61,755 bases of DNA, filler included, from Sphacelaria rigidula (GCA_964200075.2; 9 parts of 9 records of this genome joined end to end with filler, not necessarily neighbours in it), one strand, 5' to 3'. Counted from the first letter of the whole stretch, positions 37,301 to 49,078 are shown. Made by a program: numbers and translations. Notes: generated by a model from the sequence alone, not told the origin.

Positions 37301-40300
37301 CGATCTTTGCGTCACCCTTCTGCCGCGAAACTACCCCGACATACAGCGGACAACACTCGTCCCCTTTCACATTTAGCAGTGCACTTTGTACCGAGCTTGC
37401 CAGCGGACAGTCCACAAGTTTCGGCCAAGCATGCCCCGATGCTGACAACATTACCTCAACTAGACGCAGTTGCAGTTTCCCAAGAAGTTTCGGAAGTTCC
37501 CAGCCATTTTTCACGGCACAAGAAGAAGCCTCGTCGTCATGCCCCCAAGGTCGCGCGAGCATTGACACGCCCCCCTCCCGTCAACGGAAAACTCCGACCT
37601 CATTCTCCCCAAAACGCGGCGACTTTGAGCTCGATGACATTGCCAGGCATCCAAGAGGAACGCAAATCGGACCTTTCAGACGGTACCGCTTCCTCCACTG
37701 ATGACCCACGTGGCACTTCGCAGCAATCTATCTTCAATGATAACCCTTGTACTTCCAAGCCCGTCATCTACGAGATTGATCAAAATCCTCATTCACGCTG
37801 CCCTTCACGATCGGATCATGCCCCCGCGCTGTCTACCGATACCTTCGAACCCCCCGCGGACCACCCGCCATCCGTCTTCACGGTCAGTCCGACTAATCCT
37901 GACCAACTCACGTTATCTGAACATGGCCCTGACCTCGTAGGTGGTAAGGTGTCCATTGACCCTGCCACCTTCACTACCCGCGTAGCATTACACTGCGGCC
38001 CTTACGCCACCACGCGCGCCAAGTATGTCTCGTTGTTAGACAGCGGTAGTCCACAGACATTCATCAAAGAATCCATGTGGAATCACATGAAGCTTCCGAT
38101 GTTTGCGAAATCACTAACCAACCTCGCGTTTGGGGCGGTTTCGGCGACTCCAAAACATCCTTGACGACACGAAAATCTGTTCGTCTTAGTGTGCAGTTTT
38201 TCCACAATGATACACGTTCGGCTAGTCTCGCAGTCTGGGCTTACATCGTCCCTGACAGCACCATGCATCATGCTCTCCTTCTTGCCAGAGATAGCTACAT
38301 GCGGTTCGACCAACGTACGTACCGCACCCTCCCATCACTATCGCCTCAGTCGGCGCCTCGTGGAGAACTCCAACTAGAACATTTATATACCCTCAGTGGT
38401 GCCTTAGCCTACAAAGAGAATGAGTAGGCTACCGGCGCGGCTTACCACCTTCGGTACACTGACAGTTCTGGTGTCACTCGTTCCGACGAGCCTCAACTCT
38501 TGGAAGTTTTGCTTGTTCGCCGCAACGGTATGCCTGCCCTCACCGGCCACCACCTTGCGGAGTTGCTGCCTAAAATTGGTGCGCCCGCTAGCACTGAGCA
38601 TTTTGTCCCGGACGGCGAATAACTCCTGCCTCTCACAGGCCATGCTAATTTGGAACCTGGCGATGTCTTGGGCATCGCCGCGGCTTCTCTCATGCACATT
38701 CCTCTAGATACCTGTGTGGCCGACCCTCCGGCGCCTGATCCCACACCGCCGACTAATGGTTCTGTTCACTGCATTGATGAGCCATACTTTGATCTATCCT
38801 CATCACTCCCGACCCGGATTTCTGCGGTGGAATCCGACCGACCACCTGCTGAAACTCCTGATGAGGTGCTTCAACGCCATCGGTTGAGTCTCGGGAACAC
38901 TTCCTGCAAATGTAGCACCAACTTCCGCCTTATTCGCGTGATATCGATCTCAATCTACATGGTCCGGGCTGGGAGCCCGCTGTCATCCAAGAGTTACACG
39001 ATGTTCTCCTGGATTACCAAGACAGATTTTCCCGATCCACGACGGATCTGGGGAATTGTAAAACATTGCCACTCGAGATAACCTTGCAACCTGGCGTTTC
39101 GCCCATCTAATCTCGACCATATCGAACGAATCCCTTCCTCACCAGAAAAGTCAACGCTATTTTGGATGCATACTTAGTAGCTGGTCTGATTCAACACTCG
39201 TCTTCGCCATGGGCCTCACCCCTCGTGGTCGTCCCCAATATAGATGGCAACATACGCATCACCGTGAAATACAAACGACTGAACCGTGTCACTGTCGTGG
39301 GAAAACTCCCCATACCTCGCATCGACGAAGTCGTCGACTCTCTCGGCGACGGAAAAATATTCAGCACTTTCGATCTCGCATCTGAATTTTCCTAAAATGC
39401 AATTCACCCCTATACAGTTCCATTGACAGCGTTCTGTACATCTTCAGGGCTTTATGAATGGCTTCGTATGCCACAAGGCGCTGCCACAGCACCTGGCTGC
39501 TTTCAACGCCTCATGCAACGCGTTACTGACGGTCTCGAGCATGTTATCATGTATCTGGACGATGCTATCGCTTTTGAAGCCTCCCCCAAGGCGCATGTTC
39601 GCACTCTACGAGAATTTCTCTCCCGCTTGCGTACACACGACTTGAAATTGTCTCCATCCAAAGCTCGATTCGGAGCGACTGCATTGGATTTTTGGAGACA
39701 CTCTATCTCTCCTGCTGGATTGCACCCAGACACGAACAAAGTCAAGGCTATGACTGATATGCCCATGCCCACCAATATTTCGCTGCTTCGCTCGCTATTG
39801 GGCGGACTTTCTTACTATCGTAAATGTTTGCCCAATTTGTCGAAGCGGATCCGGCCCATCACCGATTTAGTGAAGAAAAACGTCCCGTTTGTCTTCACTA
39901 AAGAAATGGAAGCTACCGTCCGCGAATTGCTCAAACCACTGACCGAAAAACCGATTCCTTTTTTACCGGATTGGGATGCAGTACAAGACGGCTCACGTCT
40001 TTTCCAACTGCACACCGATGCTAGCATAGATGGGCTCGGCGCCGTTTTGAATCAGCCTCAACTAGATGGCTCTGCCCGACCTGTTTTGTATATTAGCCGC
40101 ACAACCCTCCCAAATGAGGCAAACTGGAGTCCACTCGAACTAGAAGGCGGAGTCATAACTTGGGCTATTAACAGGCTTCGACAGTACTTGTTCCACGTGC
40201 CTTTCCACATCTATACAGATCACGGAGCTCTTGAACAACTCGCTAAGGTTGGAGAACATAACGCCCGCGTACAACGGTGGCTGGAGTTCTTTACTGCTTA

Positions 40301-41065
40301 CCAGTACGCTGTTAAACACCGTCCGGGCAAAACCAACGGCAATGCTGATCTTCTGTCGCGATTGCCCCTGCCCCCTATAGCGGTAGATTTCAGTCCCGCT
40401 TGCCGCTTGACTAAACCTGAGAACCAGGCGTCTACCCCATTCGGCGTTTTTCTACGCCCATCTACGCGCTTGACTTGCAATGCCCCGAAACAGGTCTGCA
40501 CATGGGGGGCCCCCGCCCTCTGCCCCCTGATGCAGTTTTGGATTGGCTTAGCGCCCACAGCTGCTGACTTTGCCGACTTTCGCACTTTCGGCCCTCGCGC
40601 GAACATCTCGGCGCCGCCACCACCAACTGTTCACTTCATCTCCGACAACACGCGTTTCCGGTCAGCAGAGCGTGCAAATTCTTCGTGTGCCGCGATACCA
40701 CCGCCGCCGTCGGCCGCTTCTAGCAATGCGTCGCCGCCACCGCCGCATGCCCCCACGAGCAGTACAACACCTGCCACAACCGGCCGCGCGACCACTGTTG
40801 TACCGACAAAGTCCGCGCCCCATGCGCGCCCAACGCGCCGATCACGTTCGCCGGTTCGCGCTACCTCCACGCAGCCTTCTGGGAATCTCCCTGCACCTAC
40901 GCCTCTGACTCGCGATCCGCATGGGTCAGATCCGCTTCCGGACCAAACTGTTGACGTCGGCACCCCTGCTTCCTCACCTGTGCCACCCCCTCCTGAGCCA
41001 CCATGTTTGGTCGGCTCTCCGGCTGAAGGACAACTTCGGGAATTTCTCGGAGCCACCCTACGATA
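34367..41065 (+). mobile_element. Ty3/gypsy LTR retrotransposon internal region (gag, PR, RT, RNase H; integrase and LTRs not on contig)
   Basis: Protease LLDSGSPQTFI (~38035), SPWASPLVVVP, FSTFDL, MPQG, YLDD (~39552), LHTDAS, ELE, YTDH, NADLLSR. pol has several frameshifts and stops. Confidence 0.95.
34898..36892 (+). CDS. Gag-like protein with CCHC zinc knuckle (664-codon open frame)
   Basis: Uninterrupted ORF upstream of the protease with CINCNGTDHSMRDC (CX2CX4HX4C). True start uncertain. Confidence 0.85.
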   Translation: MIVLFLQQGGHLPHNDPGALNIERIVLYLTIVTGDSRPAYEIAVAALFAAMRAAHNTLSPDDDGAWTTPYPPRHRRDDDDSDDDPPGAAPRRGQGTHRNNNNGRRTTRGSHKRSGNQSSSSSTARPRQHASTRSVRPSPAVRQVTPPLAAASARLPGLIDSDSDNSARPLSSTPARSLAAAAAAATQQAAADKAASDTRKEASRVAAIKRENLQMNVKKLWHIKIMPAADIEDYGQFISALISSMRRTMRDILELADATGQQRFEDSDWIDEWQTPLHKALHRSISRRFPDVAASLTQILDSFFDAMDQDCAGGQTAPLRFGNLERRIVSYFDTSDQTGAIKRLSSFAEAIDVPFADCLREFKLVVSSVTGTGRQNGPSDAMCQTYVRNSIAQQFPTLMPSLFPGALAHKEVSYASVDAMWTAFVDQEHNLTPAIRGTQCSSGSSQTLRAASTSISGSRGRTHTLSSNTWTPNSVGGSVMSVHNKEDPFRASFDAWPYSADTFDDVYVVSTTAFITDDPHLWTPLLSPSARKDAFRRLANTCINCNGTDHSMRDCPEPCINTFSLMNPGLQSNGPAWRRWQKRVREYRTPSRHHRQPYHNHNDFRSNRDRRHTTNTVSGTRHRVSSFHPSQSLHGHHQRTGPTDDNSNPNARTPGSFMTDRNDP

Positions 41066-41139
41066 GGGGGGGGGGGGGCGTACTCATTTGTTGCTTGCCT
41101 TAGTCGTTTGACCATTGACCACGCATCCCTTTCGAGACG
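41066..41139 (-). mobile_element. LINE family A 3' end with C13 tail inserted in gypsy pol
   Basis: G13-CGTACTCATTTGTTGCTTGCCTTAGTCGTTTGACCATTGACCACGCATCCCTTTCGAGACG directly after the pol frame ...LGATLR. Confidence 0.9.
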
Positions 41140-41314
41140 NNNNNNNNNNNNNNNNNNNNNNNNNNNNNNNNNNNNNNNNNNNNTTAATTAATTAANNNNN
41201 NNNNNNNNNNNNNNNNNNNNNNNNNNNNNNNNNNNNNNNTCACTGATTGACCGCTTTTCACTCTCAATCGTATAATCTACTCTCAATCTCACGAAAACAC
41301 TGTTTTTCGCGGTC

Positions 41315-42370
41315 ATGCCTGGAAATGATGACGTGGTGTTGTTTGGCATGGCGACTATGAAGGACCTCGGGGTAAATTTGTATCCGCTGACTTTGGAAAA
41401 GTTACGCCCGCGTGCTGTGCCGGTGCAGACCGGCGTGAACAACCCTAGTTATCTTCCGGCTAGGCGGGTGATCGTCCCTGAGTGGTCATTTCAAAGTGAG
41501 AGTCAGAAGGATACAGGTGGAAATGAAGAGGAAGCTCCTGAGAGTGGAGCCGTACCGCCTATGAGCGTGCAGCCACAGTCACAGGCGACGGCTGCGAAGG
41601 CCCAGTCTAATTACAACGATCCGGTGAAGGCCGGGTGGCTAGCTTCTTGCGTTGCAGTTTTGGTGGCGTTTGGGTTACTGTACTGCAGTTTGCAGCCAAG
41701 CTTGGAGAGAGCGGCGATGGAAAAGCCGAAAACATTCTGCTCACAACGGGTGAGCGAATCCAAGGTGGGGGCGCACATTCCCCCTCCCCACGAGAATATG
41801 GTGCATGGTGGGGATAAGGTGCAGGGTACTCGCCCGGAGGAGGTGATGAAATTCAATTTCCTCAGCGACGGAGAGAGTGGTCAGCTGGAAAATGGTGGGT
41901 TGGACGGCGGAGATCCGATCCAAGATAATTTGGTGATCAAAGACGACGTGCGCAACTTCGTGTGGTTTGAGCCCGCGGAGTCTAGTATGGAGGCAAAGAA
42001 GGTGGAGCATTTTATGACATGGTTCAAAGCAAAAGCGATGGGGTCGCCGGAGGTATGGGTCGGCGATACGGGATGGCATGTGAAGAATTGTGCGGTGAGA
42101 GCGTTTAATAAGGCGTTGGTGGATCGTAGATTTCGGATGGTCAAATCACCGTTGTCCCATCGTAAATGTAAGCAAATGATGCGTAATATTGCTCATATGA
42201 TGTCACGTCAGGTGCTTAATGAGGATGGTGTGGGGGCCTCGAGAGCTGTTGCTATGCGGGACTGTATGGTTGTTCCCGTTCCACCTCTCGTTTCGCCTAA
42301 AAAAGCGTCTGAAACAGGAGAAATCGTCGATGCGCAAGCTTTTGCGGAGGCAGAGCATTTGTTGCATTGA
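41315..42370 (+). mobile_element. Gypsy-derived 351-aa ORF: protease C-end, hydrophobic segment, degenerate integrase core
   Basis: DDVVLFG..TMKDLGV, AGWLASCVAVLVAFGLLYCSL, LVIKDDVRNFVWFEPA...GSPEVWVGDTGWHVKN. Confidence 0.65.
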
Positions 42371-43229
42371 TTCGGCAGTAAGGATATACTTTTGGTGGCA
42401 TGTTGAGATTCGCCATGGGGATGCTAGAGGTGACTGCTAGGAGCTACCGTACGAAAGGAATTATTGCTCTATGGTGTGCAGAAGGTGGTGTTTCCAGTGC
42501 TGCTACTTCGCAGGAGCGGACTGGAAGCCTACAAAGCGGGGATCCCTTGACATGAGTGATATAGTGGTGAGCTCCGGATTGAATATTGTCGAGGAGCAAG
42601 TACTTGTGAGGGTGCTTGTTGAGCATGAGGACACACATGATGACTGGTATTTCCAAATCGCTTTCTGACGATTACAGGTTGTTATAGTTAGTGTGCTTTT
42701 TGGGTCATATTTATGTTGCTGTTCGCGCATGAAGTATGACAGTAGAGCGGATGTGCTCGTGTTGCGTTCGATGGAAAATGCCGGTGTACGTGTGGAATTT
42801 GGTATGCGTGTGTGTGCTGCTCTGAATAGCATGCATGATGCATGGTTTGTGCAATACGGGTTGCATTGTAGGTCCTGAGTCAAATATTCGCATGGATGTA
42901 CGAATTTTCGTATGCTGAGTGGAATCTTGGCATGCATATGTGGAATTTTCGCTCGAACGCTACTGATGTGCATGGTGTCTGATGACCGTCAGGGTGGGGC
43001 AGTGAACAAAATACTGCTGAATAATGAGCGACATGCGTCGGCTCGTACTGACTGTAGGAGATGGTGACTGCTGCTGATGACGTGAAAATGAGCTGAAATT
43101 ACGAAATGCGTAGGCTGGTTGTCTGTGAGCAGAGATCACACGAGTTTTCGTGTGTTTAAGGATAAAAAACAGTATGCACGTATGAAAACTGATCCTCGTC
43201 CGTGGCACGTTTTTGGCGATACTGTTCAT

Positions 43230-43570
43230 GGTATCGCGCCAGGTGAGGTTGTTCAATTTGATTTTTGAACGTCGGAGGTAGCGAGCTTGTCGGTACTAAC
43301 GGCCTGATGGTTCGCTGTATGTTTGTTATCCCGGACGATTTGTCGAATTTCGTTTGGTTAGAACCAACCGAGGATTGCACTGCCGAGGTTACGGCTGAGT
43401 ATTTGTTGCAATGGTGCAAGACTTTGGGGATGCGGCGTGTGTGGGTCAGCGATACTGCCACGCACTTCGAGAACCAATTACAAGAATCGCGCAGTAGAGC
43501 GACGCGCTGGAGGTGCAACACCCATTTGATGTTGCGTATACCAATTGGTCGAATGGTTCTGAAGCAATGG
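43230..43570 (+). mobile_element. Second gypsy integrase core remnant
   Basis: FDFLNVG...VIPDDLSNFVWLEP...WCKTLG...WVSDTATHFEN, then frameshifted AYTNWSNGSE. Confidence 0.75.
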
Positions 43571-43959
43571 TCATGTTATTGTTTTGGTCGATTGAGATGG
43601 GTTCGGTGCTGAAGAAAGTACGTAGAAGTCTCTTCGAAAGATAAGTTTTTTGCGCCTGAATTTGTTGCGCAGGAATTGCGTAAACTGAGGTTGACTCGGG
43701 CGCTGACGAGTGAATTAGCGTCGGAGTATAGCATTTCTTTGTGATTTGGAGCATGCGAATTTGCCTTGGTTTTTTGTTGGTTGTCAAGCTCGGTCGTTTG
43801 TCTTGAACTCGCTTTGGGGGTGCTGTAGCCAAAATACACCAAGGCGTAGTACTTGTGGCATGCAGGATCCTGGATGATGACCAGGGGACAAGGGCAGTGG
43901 ATTCTGGAGAAGTCCCTCACTGAATAGCCCTCTTGTCCAGATCGTCTGGCAGAGGCTAT

Positions 43960-45092
43960 AGTTTTCATCCCGATCCTTTCTTTTAACCCCTCGTGTGTCT
44001 TCAGGTGATCTTCCTCGTCTACTTTGCGTCTGAGTGCTCCTTCTCCCCTCATTTCCATAATGTATTTTACTTTTGCCTTGTTCCCCATGTCTTCACCTAT
44101 GTATGGACAGTATTTCGTTTCGGTTTCCTCTTTTCTCCTTCCATAGTTTTTCTACTTCTTTATCCCACCTGGTTCCAGCATTCCCTTTTGTACGTTTCTT
44201 CCATACAGCCCAATCAACTAAAGCTGGCAATCTCTTTATCTGCATTTTCTTTACGCTATATTATCACCTCAGTTTCCTCATGTCTCTTTGATTCAACTGA
44301 GTGCATTCCCAACTCTGCTGTCAATGCTGCATTACTAGTCGTTTTCGAGCATCCAAGTACCTTCTTAGCTGCTGTCATCTATACTGTTTCCAACTTCTTC
44401 GCCAACTTCACGTTCCCCTCCCATACTTCTCCTGCACATTCCAGCTTTGGTATAATCGCGTTCATCAGGATATATATCCTAATCCTAGTGTATAGATACG
44501 AGTCTCTGATGACAACGCCCATCCTTCCTATCTGCCCTAACATTTTCTATTACATTTTTTATGTGCGCATCCCAAAAACAGTTTTTCGAGATGTCGACAC
44601 TCAGGTATGCATACTGGTCTACGATCGCCAGCTCCTCTTCTCCCCACTTCCTCTTGAGCCCTACCGGGTTTTTCTTGTCTTAGTTACAGACGATTACCGT
44701 GCATTTGTTAACGTCCGCCGTCACTCTCTATTTCCTGGTGTATTCCGGAGCATTTTCTATCTGTTGTTGCAATCCTGCTGCTATTCCTGAAATCCCCACA
44801 AAATCATCTGCGAACATCACTCCTGATATCACATCTTCACCCACCTTGACTCCTTGGTTTGCTGGTGCTACAGCTAATATCAGGTCATTGAAGAATATCT
44901 CGAATAAAGTGGGTAAGAATATACATCCTTGTGCAACTCCTTGTAAAATATCAAATATTTCGATATTTCCCCGGCTAGCATCACGGTACTTTTGGCACAT
45001 TTTGACATCTTCTTCGCTTTTCTTCACATATTTCCTCTGGTCCAAGTTTCCCACAACTTTTCCAACAGCCCCTTTCTCCATGCTGTGTCAAT
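43960..45092 (-). mobile_element. Internal fragment of a family A-like LINE (RT)
   Basis: DTAWRKG, QGVAQG, FNDL, MFADDF; collinear with 16190-17200. Confidence 0.9.
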
Positions 45093-45346
45093 ATAATCTC
45101 TGCCAGACGATCGGGACAAGAGAACTGTCAGCGAAGGATTCCTCCAGTATCATTGGCCACATGAAGATATGTTGCGTGGTCCATCCTGGCATGACACATC
45201 AGTGATCCCAGGGGCCTTCGTGCCCCTCGCAAGCCTCACTGTTCACATGTCAAACTCATTCCTCTCACAAATGATCATGCCGGGACTCGAACCGGGCATC
45301 TTTTGTTCAAGAAGCGATCAGTTTACCCATTGAACAAGTGAGCGCT
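45093..45346 (-). mobile_element. tRNA-derived SINE family 3 (related 3' ends at 43850-43960 on + and ~45450-45535)
   Basis: Minus head GCGCTCACTTGTTCAATGG...GGTTCGAGTCCCGGC. The 3' end CTCTTGTCC(C/A)GATCGTCTGGCAGAG is shared with 43930-43954. Confidence 0.65.
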
Positions 45347-45383
45347 CACTGGTTCAATGGGTAAACTGTTCGCTTCCTGAACA
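45304..45383. repeat. 80-bp palindrome (37/40 pairs) at the SINE 5' end
   Basis: TGTTCAAGAAGCGATCAGTTTACCCATTGAACAAGTGAGC|GCTCACTGGTTCAATGGGTAAACTGTTCGCTTCCTGAACA. Confidence 0.92.
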
Positions 45384-45739
45384 TCGTGCTCGACAAGTTC
45401 TCTATTCTAACTTGTTATTCTCACGGAGTGATCCTCCACAGATCACATCACGAGCCAGACAGCAAGGGGCTACACAGAAAAGGGCCATCAATCCAGGATC
45501 CCCTGTCCCCTGCCACTGCTCCAATCATGCATGCGATTATACTGAACCCTACGGCTTGGTATCATTTGCTACATCAGCGTAACCATGGAAGAATGCAGAA
45601 GTCGGAGATGGATTTTGGAGGACAGTATACTCCGAATGTGGCCATCTCAAGTGTATATTTGTTGACCACTTCAGCTTGATGGTAGATTCATGCATTTGAT
45701 AATTTGATTTTGAGTACAAAGGGCATTACTTTCGGAGAG

Positions 45740-46913
45740 GCAGTTTACAAGGCTGTCACACATATGCTGATTCAGAGTACGTCGCGATGATCGACTTGGT
45801 GATGGTGTTGCTCTTTTTGAGACAGGTATGGGACTTCATGCCGCCTGAAGATGATCCCGGTGTTCGAGGACAATCAGGGTGCTATTAGATTGGCGCAAAA
45901 CCTCATATTGAACTCCAACTCTAAGCACATCGATGTAATATATCATTTTACCAGAGAGTTAGTGGGAAGGAGGGATATCTCAATTATTCATGTCAAGTCC
46001 GAGTACCAGAGTGCCGGTTTTCTAACGAAGTTTTTATCGGCAGACTCCTTTGAATTTCACCATCAATATGTTATGAGCATCTTTTGATTTCCATGGTGAG
46101 AAAAATATAGTTTCCTTGGTGGTGGATTATGGAATAAATATGGATTGATGCTTTATGCTCCCGAAAGTTGGGAGGTGATATGGGGTCAGGGGGGCATATA
46201 ACTTAGCAGGTGATTTTTCTTGATGATTGTGGTTTTTCGTGACTGGGTTTTGCGTGCCCCACGGCATTTGTATCGTGAGAATTTGTTCGGTTCCATGGAA
46301 TGGAACTAAGATGTATGCCCGCGTGATACGACCAGGGTCAAGCCTCGACAAGGGGGGCTATTAGAATGTTGCCGAGCTAAACACCAGTGCGCACATACTT
46401 GGATTAATTCGGGTACATGAGGGGGTAGATTTATGGTATTTCAAAGGTACCAGAAAATGTATGACGTACCGGATATTGCGTTATGACTGAGTGTATGGCA
46501 TGTAAGGGGACCCACGGTGCAGTCGTGCCTACCTGTTTCAGTTCCTTCTTGTCTTTTTATTGCATACTGCATACTGCGTTTTGGGTGAGAGCGCAGCTCG
46601 GGTGGAGCTTGCACGGTTGATATTGGGTGAGTGAAGGGTATAAGAGATTCGTACAAGAAGAGTTACTTCACATTCCCCTCGGTCCAGAGTGCCTCCTCTG
46701 GGAAACGTTCCTTGTTTGATTAGACGACGACGACGATGACGACGACGATGATGACGGCGATGATGACGACGACGAGCGAGGGCAACGGTGAACTACGATG
46801 TGGATTATAACGCACCATGTACACGACTTTGTTTTTGTCGCCCTTGAAATCCCTCCCCGTCCTTGAGACGATAACCCCCCTCATTTCACTCTCCAAAACT
46901 ACCTACCTCAACA
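45740..46913 (+). mobile_element. Ty1/copia 3' remnant: RNase H, PPT and probable 3' LTR
   Basis: FEDNQGAI.LA.N...SKHIDV.YHF.RE...LTK.L (45851-46087). PPT AAGGGGGG at 46350-46357. Candidate LTR TATTAG(46359)...TCAACA(46913) containing a (GAY)n tract. Confidence 0.8.
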
Positions 46914-47307
46914 AGCTTTTCGGTTCGTTATCAGTCCATCGTTTTGAGAAGAGACTCAGTGTTCTTTGTTCTGTGTTGTCCAAATAAAGCGCTTCAGTAA
47001 ACCATCGACTATCGTACAACGATAGTAACTTGACAGTTACTGTGCACCATCTTCGGAGTTTATACTGTCACCGATACTCTGGCGTCTAGTTCCTCTTGTC
47101 ACTTGATATAGATTGAGCGAGCTCCTGCCTGTAAAACAGGTGGGCAGTTTTCTACATATCTCATGCAGAGAGAGTCATATTATTTTCTATGACAACCCTT
47201 TCCCACCGGCAAACGCCTTGCATTTAGGTCTCGCGTATTGGATCAGTACTGTAATGCGTGAGCAGACCGCGTGCTTTTGGATCTTATCGAAGTTTGAACA
47301 CCCCTAT

Positions 47308-47384
47308 GGTTGGGCTTGGGCTTAGGGTTAGGGTCAGGGTTAGGGTCAGGGTTAGGGTTAGGGTTTTAGGGTTAAGGTCAGGGG
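47308..47384 (+). repeat. Interstitial telomere-like (TTAGGG/TCAGGG)n tract
   Basis: About 12 units of TTAGGG/TCAGGG/TTGGG(C). Shorter tracts at 55633-55657, ~53172 and ~53965, and reverse at ~15880-15925. Confidence 0.85.
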
Positions 47385-48410
47385 CGCGCCCCCCGCAGCA
47401 ACCGGCCTGAGCGGTCTTGAAACACGTCGGTCCCGGAGTGTTTTGAACTCCGATGCGATTGAAAAGGCACGCGGTCCGCTCAAGCGTTACAAATACCCCC
47501 GCACCGCGTCAACTATCGTCACACAAACCCAGTCAACTACTATTATTTGTTTTCACGTGCTAACGCCGTCGACGGTGGGAATCAGGTACTTCGAAGAAAA
47601 AAACATTCATAAAGATTTGACTCACGTTTTCTCCACCCTAATGGTGGCTGTTGGACCATGAGACCATCAAGGCGCGGCGGCCATGAGCCGCAACCAAAAA
47701 GTTAGCTTCCGAGTATTCGACGTTGCAGCCGGCTAATACAGTGAAGGGGTAGTCAATCATCTTCAAAATTACTTGCAATTTTTGCCGCGCAGCTTCAGTA
47801 GAACAGAGGGCCGGTGGGGGATGCACACACATTCATTGGGGGGACCTAGTCACACTCGTTTACCTCCAACATAAACAACTACTTTTGTGCTGATGCTTTC
47901 GTCTGGAAATCCTGTTTCGAGCATAATCTGACTTTTTGGAAAACAACTTGAAACAGCCGATTTTCGAAAATGGGGTTGAAAAAAAATGAGGTTCAACTCA
48001 AAAGCCGTGCTNNNNNNNNNNNNNNNNNNNNNNNNNNNNNNNNNNNNNNNNNNNNTTAATTAATTAANNNNNNNNNNNNNNNNNNNNNNNNNNNNNNNNN
48101 NNNNNNNNNNNCCGAATCATGATTCGAATCAGTTTACTGATGAGCAAATTTCAGACGGGTTATGATCTGCCCGACGTGTGTAAAACTTGGACCGGCTTTG
48201 CCCATTTGACATGACTTTTCTTGGATCTGGCTATTTCCCGCGAATTACATCAGTGCAAAGCAGCAAGTGATTACTCAAACACGCACCGTCGAGGCATAGG
48301 TGACGCAGCTTCAAGAATAACAAAGCGGTATCAAGAGCTTTTCCCGCGTTTTTGAATATGATCCGCCGTTTCTCCGCACTCTTCATTCCCTCGAGTTCGT
48401 ATCCAAACAG

Positions 48411-48570
48411 TGGCGGCTACAAGCCCATTTCGGGCTAGGAATGCTCGTCGTCCGTTTGGCTGCCGAAAGGAATTGGCAGCCTTGCACAAAAAGCAAAGGA
48501 TTTCGACCCAAGAAACGCCCCAAGAATGCGGCGAAAAATGGCATGAGCTTGGACACCGTCAACAGCCCAG
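48411..48570 (+). pseudogene. Possible degenerate HMG-box exon
   Basis: Pyrimidine tract and CAG acceptor, KPISG* and then, in another frame, RKELAALHKKQRISTQETPQECGEKWHELG, resembling HMG helices 1-3. Confidence 0.3.
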
Positions 48571-48971
48571 ACTCATGAGACATGTGTGTTGATGAAATAT
48601 ACCTCGCCTCAAACTCAAAGACAGAGCCTTTCACGTTTTCTTGCAAAAATGTCAATCATTGTGTGGTCCCTGCATGCTGTCCGAAAGTGGTTTTGCTTCA
48701 TTTCAAATATGCTGTATTTCATGACCATCACTCCCAGTTTTACTCTCAACCAGTACGTGTCGTGAGACATATTTCATATTTCATCACACATCGCATAGGT
48801 GCACTTTTTCTCGGGGTGGGGGTGGTTGTTCCGAACTTCAAAAGCAAAGTCAAATATCTCGTCCCTCCTTTTCTTTTCTCTCATTCCTCGCCTTTTCATG
48901 CCCGAGCATCCTAGAAATCCTATTCGCTTTTCCCTCGGGCGCGTACTCTTCATGCGAAGGGCGAGGGAGGA

Positions 48972-49078
48972 GGGGGGGGGGGGGGGGGGGGGGGTCCTTT
49001 TTNNNNNNNAGCGTACTCATTTGTTGCTTGCCTTAGTCATTTGACCATTGACCACGCATCCCTTTCGAGACGGAGCAA
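48972..49078 (-). mobile_element. LINE family A 3' end with poly(C), inside a G-rich tract of a host repeat
   Basis: G23, a few bases plus a short N run, then GCGTACTCATTTGTTGCTTGCC...GAGACGGAGC. Flanks match the uninterrupted repeat at 50664-50900. Confidence 0.85.

Noticed and set aside
34112-41065. Palindrome as the 5' LTR of the adjacent gypsy element
   Set aside because: They lie on different contigs separated by an artificial linker, so adjacency is not evidence.
41315-43570. Integrase remnants as the continuation of the 34367-41065 pol
   Set aside because: Different contig, different base composition, and this piece has its own protease end.
47308-47384. True chromosome end
   Set aside because: Short, degenerate and contig-internal, with ordinary sequence on both sides.
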